In this document: one piece after another, positions 24,945 through 38,100 of the stretch
Layout: the number at the start of each line of letters is the position of its first letter
How positions within the stretch are numbered: the stretch's first letter is position 1
DNA from: Macrostomum lignano
Taxonomy: Eukaryota
Assembly: GCA_002269645.1 (NCBI GenBank)
Contig: NIVC01003293.1
Coordinates: forward strand, 1-64,000
DNA length: 64,000 nt
Direction of reading: 5' to 3'
Translations under genes and position numbers: made by a program
Notes under the pieces: generated by a model
Database searches by the model: none
Told to the model about the DNA's origin: nothing
The model's input: the letters and a program-made list of their open reading frames with translations, nothing else

Positions 24945-25660
24945 CTCCCTGGTTCTAGTGTGCAGGTGTCTTTTGGTCTTCCCCACGTAGGAGACGCTCT
25001 GGTCAACAGAGCAGTTGAAACAGTAGACAGCACCTGCGCGCAGAGCACGGGGTACACGTGACTTTAACCGACCGACAAAGCTGCCAACTTTGGAAGAGCG
25101 GAAAATAACGCAAAAAATTTGGCTGTTGAAAAAGTTGTGGAATAATTTGCAAATCCTGTTTTTGAAGGTGAGAGAAAGAATGGCCAAAGAAAGGGAGAAT
25201 GAGGGTTGGTTCACTAAGGTCAATGTGGTCAGGTTTGCAAACTTCTTGGTGATTCACTCTTTCAGAAATGAATTTGTGGATGTTGTGGTGGATGAAGGCT
25301 GATGGGTAACCGTTTTGTTGGAGCATTTTGGTCAGGAACCTGATTTCTTGGTCAAAGTTGATCCAGGAGTTGCAGACGGTGTAGGCTCTGTGAAGCAAGC
25401 ATCTGATCAGACCAGATTTCCACTGTCTGGGGCACACGGCATGAAAGTTGAGAATGAGATTGGTGAAGGTTTTTTTGCGGAAAACTTTGGTGGAAAGGTT
25501 CCCACCGCTGAGATCGATGTCAAGGTCAAGGAACGTAGGTTTATGGTCAGTAGCAATCTCATTGGTGAACTTAATATTGTCATGGGTGGAATTGATAGCC
25601 TGGAAGAAATGGTCAAGTTTGTTCTTGCTTTCTTGGTCAAGTGGTCAAGTTTGTTCTTAA
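24945..25660 (-). mobile_element. Penelope-like retroelement fragment (RT C-terminus/thumb plus N-terminal half of GIY-YIG)
   Basis: NSTHDNIKFTNE...PTFLDLDI...TKVFRKKT...WKSGLIRCLLHRAYTVCNS...LQQNGYP, then after one frameshift AVYCFNC...YVGKTKRHLHTRTRE. Confidence 0.88.
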
Positions 25661-25669
25661 AACAAGGAA

Positions 25670-25710
<41 letters not shown>

Positions 25711-25747
25711 CAGTTGTTCAGTTAGTTAGTTAGTTAGTTAGTTAGTC

Positions 25748-25826
<79 letters not shown>

Positions 25827-26207
25827 CAGTTAGTTAGTCAGTTAGTTAGTCAGTTAGTTAGTTAGTCAGTTAGTTAGTTAGTAGATAGCGAGAAAGAGCG
25901 AGCGAAGCGAGCTCTTTCGAGCTTGCTTCCCGCAGCCAATCAAGCTGAAAGCACGCACACAAGATCACCGGAAACGATTAAGGCAGCTGGAAAGCCAATG
26001 GGCGCGGTAAGCGCTTTTATCCAGAGGAACTACCTGCTGGAACCAGCCATGCCGAACGAAAATCAGACTACTCAAGTAGTGCAAAAGAGTGCGAGCAACT
26101 ACCGAGAAATCTAATTTTCGTAACCGCTCCGGTGCAGGTCCAGGCAAAGTCAGTTAGTTAGTCAGTTAGTTAGTTAGTCAGTTAGTTAGTTAGTCAGTTA
26201 GTTAGTC

Positions 26208-26242
<35 letters not shown>

Positions 26243-26259
26243 CAGTTAGTTAGTTAGTC

Positions 26260-26339
<80 letters not shown>

Positions 26340-26368
26340 GGTTAGTTAGTTAGTCAGTTAGTTAGTTG

Positions 26369-26414
<46 letters not shown>

Positions 26415-26431
26415 CAGTTAGTTAGTTAGTC

Positions 26432-26519
<88 letters not shown>

Positions 26520-26548
26520 GGTTAGTTAGTTAGTCAGTTAGTTAGTTG

Positions 26549-26582
<34 letters not shown>

Positions 26583-26583
26583 C

Positions 26584-26657
<74 letters not shown>

Positions 26658-26747
26658 AGAGTTAGTTAGTTAGTTAGTCAGTTAGTCAGTTAGTTAGTTA
26701 GTCAGTTAGTTAGTTAGTCAGTTAGTTAGTTAGTTAGTTAGTTAGTC

Positions 26748-26778
<31 letters not shown>

Positions 26779-26795
26779 CAGTTAGTTAGTTAGTC

Positions 26796-26831
<36 letters not shown>

Positions 26832-26832
26832 G

Positions 26833-26877
<45 letters not shown>

Positions 26878-26878
26878 C

Positions 26879-26926
<48 letters not shown>

Positions 26927-26971
26927 CAGTTAGTTAGTCAGTTAGTTAGTCAGTTAGTTAGTTAGTTAGTC

Positions 26972-27010
<39 letters not shown>

Positions 27011-27011
27011 C

Positions 27012-27049
<38 letters not shown>

Positions 27050-27050
27050 G
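25670..27050. repeat. (TTAG)n microsatellite interrupted by a 270-bp unique island (about 25882-26150)
   Basis: Directly visible. Confidence 0.97.
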
Positions 27051-30000
27051 CAGAGATAGTCCACTCCAGATAACAATATTCCCAGTGATCCATGTCTCTC
27101 AGGCTGCATAAAAGGTTTTATTTTCCACACACCCCATCCCCTGAGTCTGCAGCTGAGCGCACCGGAATGCGAAATGGGATTCACAGCCTAAAGGCCAAAA
27201 AAGCCCCTCAATAAATTCTGTCATTCTCCCATCCAAATCCACCAACTCAGCATTGCATTGGTGCTGCATGCAGGGTGCGCAGACTCTGAAAGTATGGACA
27301 AGGAAAAATATTAGCTAAAGCCCTTAGAGTCCACGGCAATAGTGTATCTATCACAATGCACTGATATCTCTGTCACCACTCATCCCCATATTTCAACCCC
27401 ACCCCACCGGTAGCAACGTTAAAAATCCTATAAAAAATTATAGAAAAGCCTTACCCAACTACTCGCAAGACCAACGGACCTCGTCTACATTCTGTGTTTT
27501 TTGGTGTTTGAGAGTTCATTATTGATTTTCCTGACTGAAATTCTCGTCACGGGGATGAGCACCTTGTCTCTGCCTTCCTCTTTTCAGGCATGCGCATGTG
27601 TAAATTCACCCTTAGTACTCAAGCCTACATCAATTTGAAAGCGATAAATGCGTGGCTGCATGACTGCGGAACTACGGAGAAATTTATTTATGATGTAACC
27701 ACGCTCTGGTCGCGGGATAGGGCAGGGGAACTTTTTCGAAAGTGCCTCCTATCGCCGTGCACCCCCTGCACAGAGCTGTCGAGACTCGGCCAGGTCTTCG
27801 ACCAGGCCTGGAGACTCCCGCTCTGCTGCACCCCCCCCCCTGCTGCCTTGGCTCTGTCTCCCCTGCCGCCACGCTTCCCCCTCCCTCTTTGTACCTCCCC
27901 CTCTACCCTATCTCCTCTGCGCGCCGCCCTATTCTTCATGTACTCCTCCTGTCTCCCCTCTTTTCGCCCCTTTTCGCCCTATTCTCCTGCTCTGTCCCCC
28001 CTTTTTCTGTGTCTACTTACAGTATTTTGTGCGCTCACCGCCACCCCATCCCTTCTCAAACTCCCAAACGGTGACGCAAGTCGTGTGACCTCTTCTTCCC
28101 CTCGATGACTCATCGATGACTCATCCCCCTCTTTTGCGCAACCTTTTATCATGCTATTGTTCTCCGCCCCAAATTTCTCATGCGACACCCACCCCACCTC
28201 CGCTTCTATTGTTCTCGTTTTTGATTCTTTTGTTCTCTTTACCCCCACCAATTATCACATTTTCTCCAATGTTTGCTTTTCTATTGTTCTCGATTCTCCC
28301 CAATTATCCCCGATTTCCAATTCCTTTGTTCTCGACCCCAGCCCCATTGTTCTCAATGTTTGCTTGCGCAACACTTTTGCGACCTCCCGCTGCACCAATT
28401 ATCCCCCCACCCCACCTCCGGATTGCGCAATTCTCCCATTTCTCATGTTGCTATGCCGTTCTCATGCTTCTCATCATGACTCATTCTGACGGAATATAGC
28501 CGTCAGCATATTTACTTCTGCGGCTTCTTCTCAAGCGTCCTATTGTGGACTTGCTGTCAGACCTAGATCTGACCTATTCGTCTATAGGACGAACCTCTGC
28601 CGGTCCGCGGTCTGATACCGCCCAGTCACCTTAGCTCCCAAGTGAGCTCGCCTATCGGCCAGCGGTCTGATACCGCCCAGCATCATCAGCATCGCCTGAT
28701 CTACACCAGCGCCTCGTCGCTTCAGCGCATCGCCGCTTCACTGTCTGCCTGACTGCAGCCTACAGCCGCCCTCGGCCACTCCGCCTCTCTCTCTCTGTGC
28801 AGCTGCCGGTAAGTTCCTGTTACTAATTTGTGCTCTAATCGCCTTTGCTTATCCGGGGTTTGCCTATTTTCCATTGCTTGATTAGAGAGCTGAGCCAATT
28901 GTGATACCGTCTTATTTGCTGTATTTATTCAATAGTGAAGCCGCCTAATTGCCTGATTATTTTGCCTAAGGGCCTAATTATTAACTATTAACTAACCTCA
29001 TCATTATCCACTCTTTCACCATCATTTCACTCATGGCTTGCTAAGCCTTTCTCCCGGGGTGGCAAAGCATAAGGAAGTTGGGTAAGCTAATGGCCTCTCC
29101 CCGTGCAAAGCCCGCCTGTGAGCGCGTGCTGCGGGGCCGTGTGTGCGTGCAGTAGAGGGAATTAGCGAGTCTTGGCACAGAATGGCAGCAGGGAGGTTGC
29201 AACCCCATGCTGACGCGTCCCTTCGCCCTGAGCAATCTAAACTATAGACAGTACATGTTCGTCTCATACTACTCTTAGTAATCAAAGTCGCAAGTTAGCC
29301 TCGCTCACAGCCACAAAGGATCCCCTGCTGAGAAATCCTCCAGATTGAGCCCAGAGTTCCCGATCGTGCCCCAAGCAGAGTCCCTGTACTCGGCTGCATG
29401 TGTCTCCCCTGTTAGCCTAAATCTCCTGGTAACCATCCCAGGCGGGGCTCTAGCCTCGAGAGGTCTGGTAGTGAGATCCAGGTGTGCCAGGTCACATAGA
29501 GTGGTGGCAGCCACTCGGTCATACTATGACCGAGTGACCAACTATTGCACCTTGGCTACAGGTGGGGTCCATGTGGGTCCTTGGCCCTCTGGTCACGAAG
29601 CGCTACCAAAGCTATCAATCATGTGGGCGGGACAGTCTGGTGCTGGAGGTCCGTCAGGCCATTGCCCGGTCATAGGCAGCCTACGGTCATTGCCCCCTCT
29701 GGTCATGCGTTCGTCTCTCAACGGAGCGGACAGGCGACAAGGGCGGTTACATCATTTATCTAATTTACTGTGCTGGGCTCGGAATGAACTCTGCAACCTC
29801 TCCTATCAGAGTTTTGGCAACTTACAATTCCACAACTTTTATTTAAACTTTTTCAAAGTTTGTACACCATTTTTAAAGTTTGTACACTATCTTTAAAGTT
29901 TGTACATCTCATTCAAAGTTTGTACATCTCATTCAAAGTTTGTACTCATTCAAAGTTTTTAGATCCCATTCAAAGTTTGTTCATCTTCAAAGTTTTTACA

Positions 30001-30342
30001 CCTACAAAGTTTTTAAACATCCTTAAACATAGTAATGTTTGTACACCTCCTTCAGAGTTTGTGCATCTTCAAAGTATGTACGTTATCTTTGAAAGTTGTA
30101 CATTTATTTCTTTAAAATCATTATAGAATATTATAACAAGTCTACTGCATAGTAACGATTTATTATAAAAGATTTTCAAATCGAATTGAGTGAAATAATT
30201 CATGTATTTTCATCGTACATACTGTACTACACTTGTATTAGATTTTGCGTACTACAGTACCAATACAATACATTCGAGTGTTTTTAAGATCAAAAGTCCA
30301 AGAGATTCGCTTGAAATTCTAAAGCAATTGTCAGTTTTATGT

Positions 30343-30888
30343 CTACATCGATCTGTTTAGCGGCTGCACAAAATCGTGCATAAATATGCTTTCGGTGAGC
30401 TGCAGAAACTGCACAGAATCTGCTCGACGAACTTGCGAAGTTGAAGAACTGCTGTGAAAAGGCGCCGATGTCAGGAGCACCTGAGCCTGACCAAGCCGCA
30501 AGCCAGCGATGAGGTTTAATCCGCTAGCAACCATTGGCGATGTGATCTGCTTCATCAGCTTGTACTCCAGCCACATCTGCTACTGAGCTGGAAAATCTTT
30601 CATCGCTGAAGTTCGAACGCTTGGCAGATCTTTGCCAGACACCGGGTCGGCTTTAAACGGAGCGCAGATCATTGAGAAGCTGGCGGTAGACTTCAAAGAG
30701 CAGGCTAACTGGCACAGTTCCCGAAGAGCAGTTGAGTCCATCTGAGAGGTGATTAAACACACCTGGGTGTGCTCATCGGATAGCCAGCGAAATAGCAGCG
30801 ACTTCAGCATCGGCCAAACGTAATCTGCCGTTGGCTGCACCGAAGGAATTTTGGCGCGTTCGATTCGCGAGTCCAGAGCCTGGCCCTG
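30343..30888 (-). CDS. Unidentified protein, probable exon B (frame interrupted by one TAG at 30580-30582)
   Basis: Acceptor ccaccttccag after the intronic (TTAG)n. The phase-0 frame joins tracked ORFs 30580-30840 and 30343-30576 across a single stop. The reading frame is not certain. Confidence 0.4.
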
Positions 30889-30921
30889 CCACTGGAAGGT
30901 GGGTGATTGATAGATGTTCTA

Positions 30922-31410
<489 letters not shown>

Positions 31411-31449
31411 CTATCAATAAACTGTTACTGCCAGGACTGAAATGCTTAC

Positions 31450-31997
31450 CAGACCATCAGGAACCCCGCCAGCGATCTGCCTGTCGTCTCCATATCGGTC
31501 ACCCGATGATGCGCGCAGCGGCAGACTCAGATCTATTCTATCTTCGTCCGCAAACTCATCGCCGTACCAGTCGGCGGTGTCCTTGAACCCGTCGTAGGCT
31601 CTCAACAACTTCAGAAATCGTTTTTTAATCCATTGCAGCACGTGCGGACCAGAAATTTCTAGTAGGCCGGTAGATAAATTTAAACAAATGGTGACGTCAT
31701 CGACACGGATTAGCAGCCGATCGGCGCCCGTCTCGCTATCCCGGCCGCGGTGATAGTGCACTCTGTCTGTGGGATAATTATCTTTATGCTGCAGTACCTT
31801 GATCCAGAACATGGCCAAAGCTACTGAGCCATTGGCTTCCAAGGATTTGATGGCCACCCAGTTAGTTTGCAGGTCGACTCGAACTCCTAAGCCAGTTTTC
31901 TCGCCAACAAATCGTTTCACATAGTCATCCAGGTACTGGAAGCTCAACTTCTGAGGGCTTCTGGCTCTGGTGTAATGACTCATCTCTTTTGATGTAG
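31450..31997 (-). CDS. Unidentified protein, exon A
   Basis: Non-repetitive 189-aa ORF (ATG at 31983) with acceptor atatttcag at 31998 and donor CTG|gtaagc at 31449; globular-looking sequence (TICLNLSTGLLEISGPHVLQWIKKRFLKLL). Confidence 0.7.
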
Positions 31998-34069
31998 CTG
32001 AAATATTAAACCAATCATTTTATAAAGAAGTTCTTTTTCTGCTAATTTTAAAATAAACAGAAATTCGAATTAAAGCATTGACTTCAAGTTTAGAAGCTTT
32101 TTTAAGATAGATTTATTACTTTTGTTACAATTTTTTGATAGTTTGTTTGTATTATCTTATTAAAAACATGACATAAAACTTTATTTCTAAAATATCAATA
32201 CAAAATTATATAAATGACTATTTTGTTAGGCTAAATCAGGACAAGCCAAACTATAACAAGGACTATAACATAGCACTAGCCAATTTTTCTCAACGCTCAC
32301 TATTTATGAAAACATTGAAATATTTATTCTTAAGACCCAAGCTTACAACAAATTGTTAATTGTACCTTTGCTCTATTTTAAATATGAAAGAAAGCATATG
32401 AAAGAAAGCATATTATGTACATAATACCTGTGAAGTTTAATTACTGTCGTGTGTTTGAAAATACGCAAGCTATGGTTGACAGTTGACGGATTGACACAAA
32501 AAATGGACACAAGAATACGGTAAGCACTTATCAATAATGCCAGAATACTAATAAAGTTTAATTTTTGTATTTATAATAGATACCGTCGCTAAAAAGTATA
32601 ACAAAACTAATCATTTTCATTGACGAGAATAAGCGGAAAACAGAATGTCAATGCTACCTATGTGATGCTCGTAAATCTTTTAGTTGAAAGTATATACTGT
32701 ACTTTTATTCCGAAAGTTTTGATGAAACATCTACACCAAGATATTACTTCCGAGAGTAACTTTTGATGGTATTAAACGTACGTGCATGTGTTCGAACGCA
32801 TCGCTGTATAAATGTATTGCAAATGGAACTTTAAAAGGTTTTGCATGTTTTTACTTAACAGAGAATAGTTCTCCTCATGTCACAAGCAAAATGATAGAAG
32901 CAAGACGAAAATACTTTGGATCAGATTTTAGAAGTCACAAAAACTATATTTATTTTATAGCTAAATGTATTTCTGCTGAATGATTTTGAGTCTGTATCAA
33001 ACTGAATGAATGATATTTATTAATTAGATTAAAATGAGTGAAATAACTAGACTATAAAACTGTATATTATAGTTTAGACTTTTTCTCAGAAAATGGAAAT
33101 AAATTGAGCGAAATGAAAATTATTTTTGAGTACAAGACGTTGTGCGTTTATTCGCTAATACTAATCTGCATATGTATAATAGTAGGATGACAGTCTAATT
33201 TAGGCTAAATTATTGAAACAAACAAAATAAAATACTTTAATGTGTCTTTGCAGTAGGTGCAAATCGCAAAGAAAGCTTAGCCAATTAGAGCTATTAAGTG
33301 TGCAGCACACGGTGTGACTTCCAACAAAAACAAAAGTGCACATGACAAAATCGATGCTGTAAAAAATCAGGTCCGGCGATGCGCAAAAAATTTCTCGAAT
33401 TAACCAATGGAAATAAAAAAACGCTAAACCAATAAAAAGTCAGGACAACTCGTATAATTCTCAATAGTTCTTTGAATGAAATCGAGCTATAATAACGCAG
33501 GAATGTTTTAAGTAAGAAGCATTTTGGTAGCAAATATAGCTTAGCTTAAAGACTAGTATTAGGCGACTAAAATAGGAAAAAAAAGGACGATTTAACGGCA
33601 ATTTTGAGGGTGTGTTTAGAAAATTGCAATTTGTAAAAATCGAAATCAATTGAGTACGAAACGAAATATTACTACTCAGTTACTAGGCTTGAGTTAGTAG
33701 TGTGAGTAGAAAATAGTGCGAAATCAATCATTTTTATGGGCGTGAGAATAAATTAATAAATCTTCTCGCGTAAAGTGCGAAATTTTTGTTGTTACTAAAA
33801 AATTGAAGAGATCAAAGGCTCGGTAAAATTAGATTGGAATGTATAGTATTTTTCATGCTTTAAATGATTACAGTATTAATAGTAAGTGTAAAAACCGCTA
33901 TATATATGAACTAAAGCAAAAAAAACTAACTTTCAATTGAGCTGCGTTGCGCCATTCGAAAATGAAACAAAATACCAATGCTAATTAAAACAAAAGTATA
34001 TAGGATTTTAATTGGACGAAGACAGATGTATGCATAGTAGGTGGGACTGGCATAGCTACGAGGACCACC

Positions 34070-34760
34070 ACCCCACTGGCATAGATAATTCAACTGGGTG
34101 GACACCCCACTGGCATAGATAATTCAACTGGGTGGACACCTCACTGGCATAGATATTCAACTGGGTGGACACCCCACTGGCATAGATAATTCAACTGGGT
34201 GGACACCCCACTGGCATAGATATTCAACTGGGTGGACACCCCACTGGCATAGATAATTCAACTGGGTGGACACCTCACTGGCATAGATATTCAACTGGGT
34301 GGACACCCCACTGGCATAGATAATTCAACTGGGTGGACACCCACTGGCATAGATAATTCAACTGGGTGGACACCCCACTGGCATAGATAATTCAACTGGG
34401 TGGACACCCACTGGCATAGATAATTCAACTGGGTGGACACCCACTGGCATAGATAATTCAACTGGGTGGACACCTCACTGGCATAGATAATTCAACTGGG
34501 TGGACACCTCACTGGCATAGATAATTCAACTGGGTGGACACCTCACTGGCATAGATAATTCAACTGGGTGGACACCCCACTGGCATAGATAATTCAACTG
34601 GGTGGACACCCCACTGGCATAGATAATTCAACTGGGTGGACACCCCACTGGCATAGATAATTCAACTGGGTGGACACCCCACTGGCATAGATAATTCAAC
34701 TGGGTGGACACCCCACTGGCATAGATAATTCAACTGGGTGGACACCCCACTGGCATAGAT
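34070..34760. repeat. 34-bp minisatellite (CCACTGGCATAGATAATTCAACTGGGTGGACACC)n
   Basis: About 20 highly similar copies downstream of the spectrin stop. Confidence 0.97.
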
Positions 34761-34887
34761 ACCTCACCTGGGTCGAACCCCATAATTTAAAAAATTGCAC
34801 TTTTACAGTTAACTAAAACAAAATATGTAAAAGCGATAGAAAAGCCAAACAGCTGTTGTCAGTTAATTATTTACTCGTAAAAATCCG

Positions 34888-35188
34888 CTACTTATGGAAG
34901 AGTCTTCCTGTCCCAGCGGCTGCCTGAGATCCTCTACCGCTAGCAGCGTTAATCTTGCGCACCCAATCGTTGCGTTCCGACTCCATTCTCGGTTGGAACA
35001 GGTACTCGCATCCGTTCGCTAGTTTCAGTCTGAACACAAACAGTCGCTTAGTGTAGTCTGCGGCTGGGGCGCAGCTGGCGCCACTCAGGTCTAGCGGCGC
35101 CTCGCGATGGAATGTGTCCTCGGGTCTGTCTCGAGCGATGCGCTGGTCTTTGTAGAAGCGCAGCTGGCCAGAGTCGAGAATCACGTGA
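34888..35188 (-). CDS. beta-Spec: beta-spectrin exon 17 (PH domain, stop)
   Basis: [16 protein letters not shown]...[23 protein letters not shown]...NDWVRKI...RLFHK*. Confidence 0.96.
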
Positions 35189-38100
35189 CTGTGGGTAGGT
35201 TTTAGAAGGTTCTTTGTGCGTCATTTTTTGTCATTGTGTGTCCTTATGTGTCTTTGTGTGTCCTTATGCGTCCTTGTGTGTCCTTGCGTCCTTGTGAATC
35301 CTTGCGTCCTTGTGTGTCCTTGTGTGTCCTTTTGTGTCATTGTGTGTCCTTGTGTGTCCTTGTATGTCCTTGTGTGTCCTTGTGTGTCCTTGTGTGTCCT
35401 TGTATGTCCTTGTGTGTCCTTGTGTGTCCTTGTGTGTCCTTGTGTGTCCTTGTGTGTCCTTGTATGTGCTTGTGCCATGTGTGTCCCTATGTGTTCTGAT
35501 GTGTCTTTTTGTGTCCTTGTGTGTCCTTGTGTGTCATTGTGTCTCCTTGCATGTTATTTTGTGTCATTGTGTGTCCTAGTACGTCCTTGTGCGTCCCTAT
35601 ATGCTCTTATGTGTCCTTGTGTGACCTTGTGTGTCCTTGTATGTTATTTTGTGTCATTGTGTGTCATGTGTGTGTCCCTATGTGTTCTGATGTGTCTTTT
35701 TGTGTCCTTGAGTGTCCTTGTGTGTCATTGTGTCTCCTTGCATGTTATTTTGTGTCATTGTGTGTCCTTGTATGTCCTTGTGCGTCCCTATATGCTCTTA
35801 TGTGTCCTTGTGTGACCTTGTGTGTCCTTGTATGTTATTTTGTGTCCTTGTGTATCCTTGTGTGTTCTTGCGTGTCAGTTTGTCTTTTTTTGTGCTCGGT
35901 AAAACAGGCCCAGGCATATTTGTCGTTGTGCGTCTTTCTGTGTCTTTTGTGTTCTTTGTGTGTCCTTGCGTGCCCCGAGTGTCCCACATATCTACATTGT
36001 CTCGTGTCTTTTGTTCCCTATGCCTGCTGTCAAATATCATATAAAAACTGGGTCCAATCCAATTGAAACTCACAGCTGTTGCCAGCTCCGATGCTGGGCC
36101 TTCCTGCCGCCCTGATCCCACTCCTGCTTGCGCCACAGACCGCCCTCCATCCGTGCCGCAGCCGCCTGTTGCTGAGCTCCTGCCATTGAAGTATCAGCCA
36201 AAGCCATCCGCTCCTGCTCATAGCTTTGAGGAATCTTCTCTTCTCTTTCTTTAACAGGCGAAAGCGGAGGAGGCGGCGGAGGAGGTGGCGGAGGCCGCAA
36301 CGACCGCGACTGCTGCGACTGCGGCTTTGGCTTCGGCGGCGGCGGCGGCGGCGGTGGCGGCGGAAGCTGAGGCACTGCTGCATCAACCGCCTCGCGTCGC
36401 TTTCTAGCGGCTGTCTCTAGCAGCAGCTTCGAGTTCGAGCTGGCGTCTTCAACGAGCTGTCGCTCCTCAAGTCCGGTGAGCTTCTCCAACGCTTTGAACC
36501 GGTTCGCCTGTCCTCTAGCTGCCCTCTCGAACGCCTCGTGCTGCCGAATCAGCGCCAGCGTCTCGTCCAGACTGTCGCCGAGCCGACCTATCTTCAGTTG
36601 CGGCTCGTGCGTCATCAGCCAGGCCTCGGCGCTGGCCGCGTCTCTGGCGAACTGGTGTACACCCAGCATGAGCTGCAGCCGCTGCCATACCAGCTCCCAG
36701 CTGTCAGCCAGGTCGAATCTTTGCCCAGCCAGCTCAGCCATGGTGTCCCGCACCAGCTGAGTCTCCCGATGCCGTCGTTGAACCAGCGATTTCGCCAAAT
36801 TCGACGTTATGGCAAAATTCTCTTCTCGGGCATCGATTTCTGCTTTCAAACTTTTGTGCTCATTGATTCGCAGTTCCACCCCGGCTAGATCCCAGGTCCC
36901 AATCGATGACATCTCCTCGCTGACTGTAGACATCCATCTAGACAAATCTCTAGCCATGCGTAGGAATCGCTGCAGCTCCGTAGCCTCATCCAGAGCCAGC
37001 TTCCGGTCACGACAGCGCCTCATCAGCCGGTTCCAGGCCTCCACCACCTGATTGCGAAGGTCGCTAATCTGCCGCTCCCGCTCGCCAGCGTACGCCGGTC
37101 GCAGCTCGCTAGCCTCGTTGTCAATCGAACGAACAGCCGATTCTAAGCCAATCAAATCTCGCTCAAATACTGCGTGCTGACGAGAGGCCGACAGAGGTGA
37201 CGAATCGTCGCCGCCAATCATCGACGCTGATTTCTCGTCGATACGATCGAGAACGTCGCTACAGTCGCTCAGGTAGCGGTGGTAGGCCAGTGCAGCTGAC
37301 AGGAGCTGGCCGCGGGTGTCCAGCAACTCAAGCAGGTCGGCCCACGACTCGTTGACTCGATCGCGCCAGCTGGCCACGATGGGGCTGGCCTGGTGACCAG
37401 AATCGATCAGACTGTCTGCGAAGGTGTTCGCTTCGTGCACCTGTTTGGTTGTTTGAGTTTGTCTGATTATTAGCAAACTGTTATCTCATGTAGCGTCCGA
37501 TACTCATTGTAGGATGTCATTAAATTCAAATCACAAAAATCCTAAAGAATATCTCGTAGAAAGCTCTAGGAGAGATCATAGGAGTGTCCCATTGGAAAGA
37601 TCCCAGGATAATCCCATCAAGGGAAATCCTCGTTGAATCCCATCAGATATAGCCTAGGAGGATCCCATCAAGGATATCCTAGGAGGATCCCATCAAGGAT
37701 ATCCTAGGAGGATCCCATCAAGGATATCCTAGGAGGATCCCATCAAGGATATCCTAGGAGGATCCCATCAAGGATATCCTAGGAGGATCCCATCCTCCTT
37801 TCAAACTTTTGTGCTCATTGATTCGCAGTTCCACCCCGGCTAGATCCCAGGTCCCAATCGATGACATCTCCTCGCTGACTTTCCCTTCCTCCATCAAGGA
37901 TATCTTAGGGGAATCCCATCAAGAATAACCTAGGGGAATCACACCAATGATATCCCAGGGGAATCACATCAAGGATATCCTAGGGGAATCACACCAAGAA
38001 AACCCTAGGGGAATAACATCAAGGATATCCCAGGGGAATCACATCAAGAAAACTCTAGGGGAATCACATCAAGGATATCCTAGGGGAATCACACCAAGAA

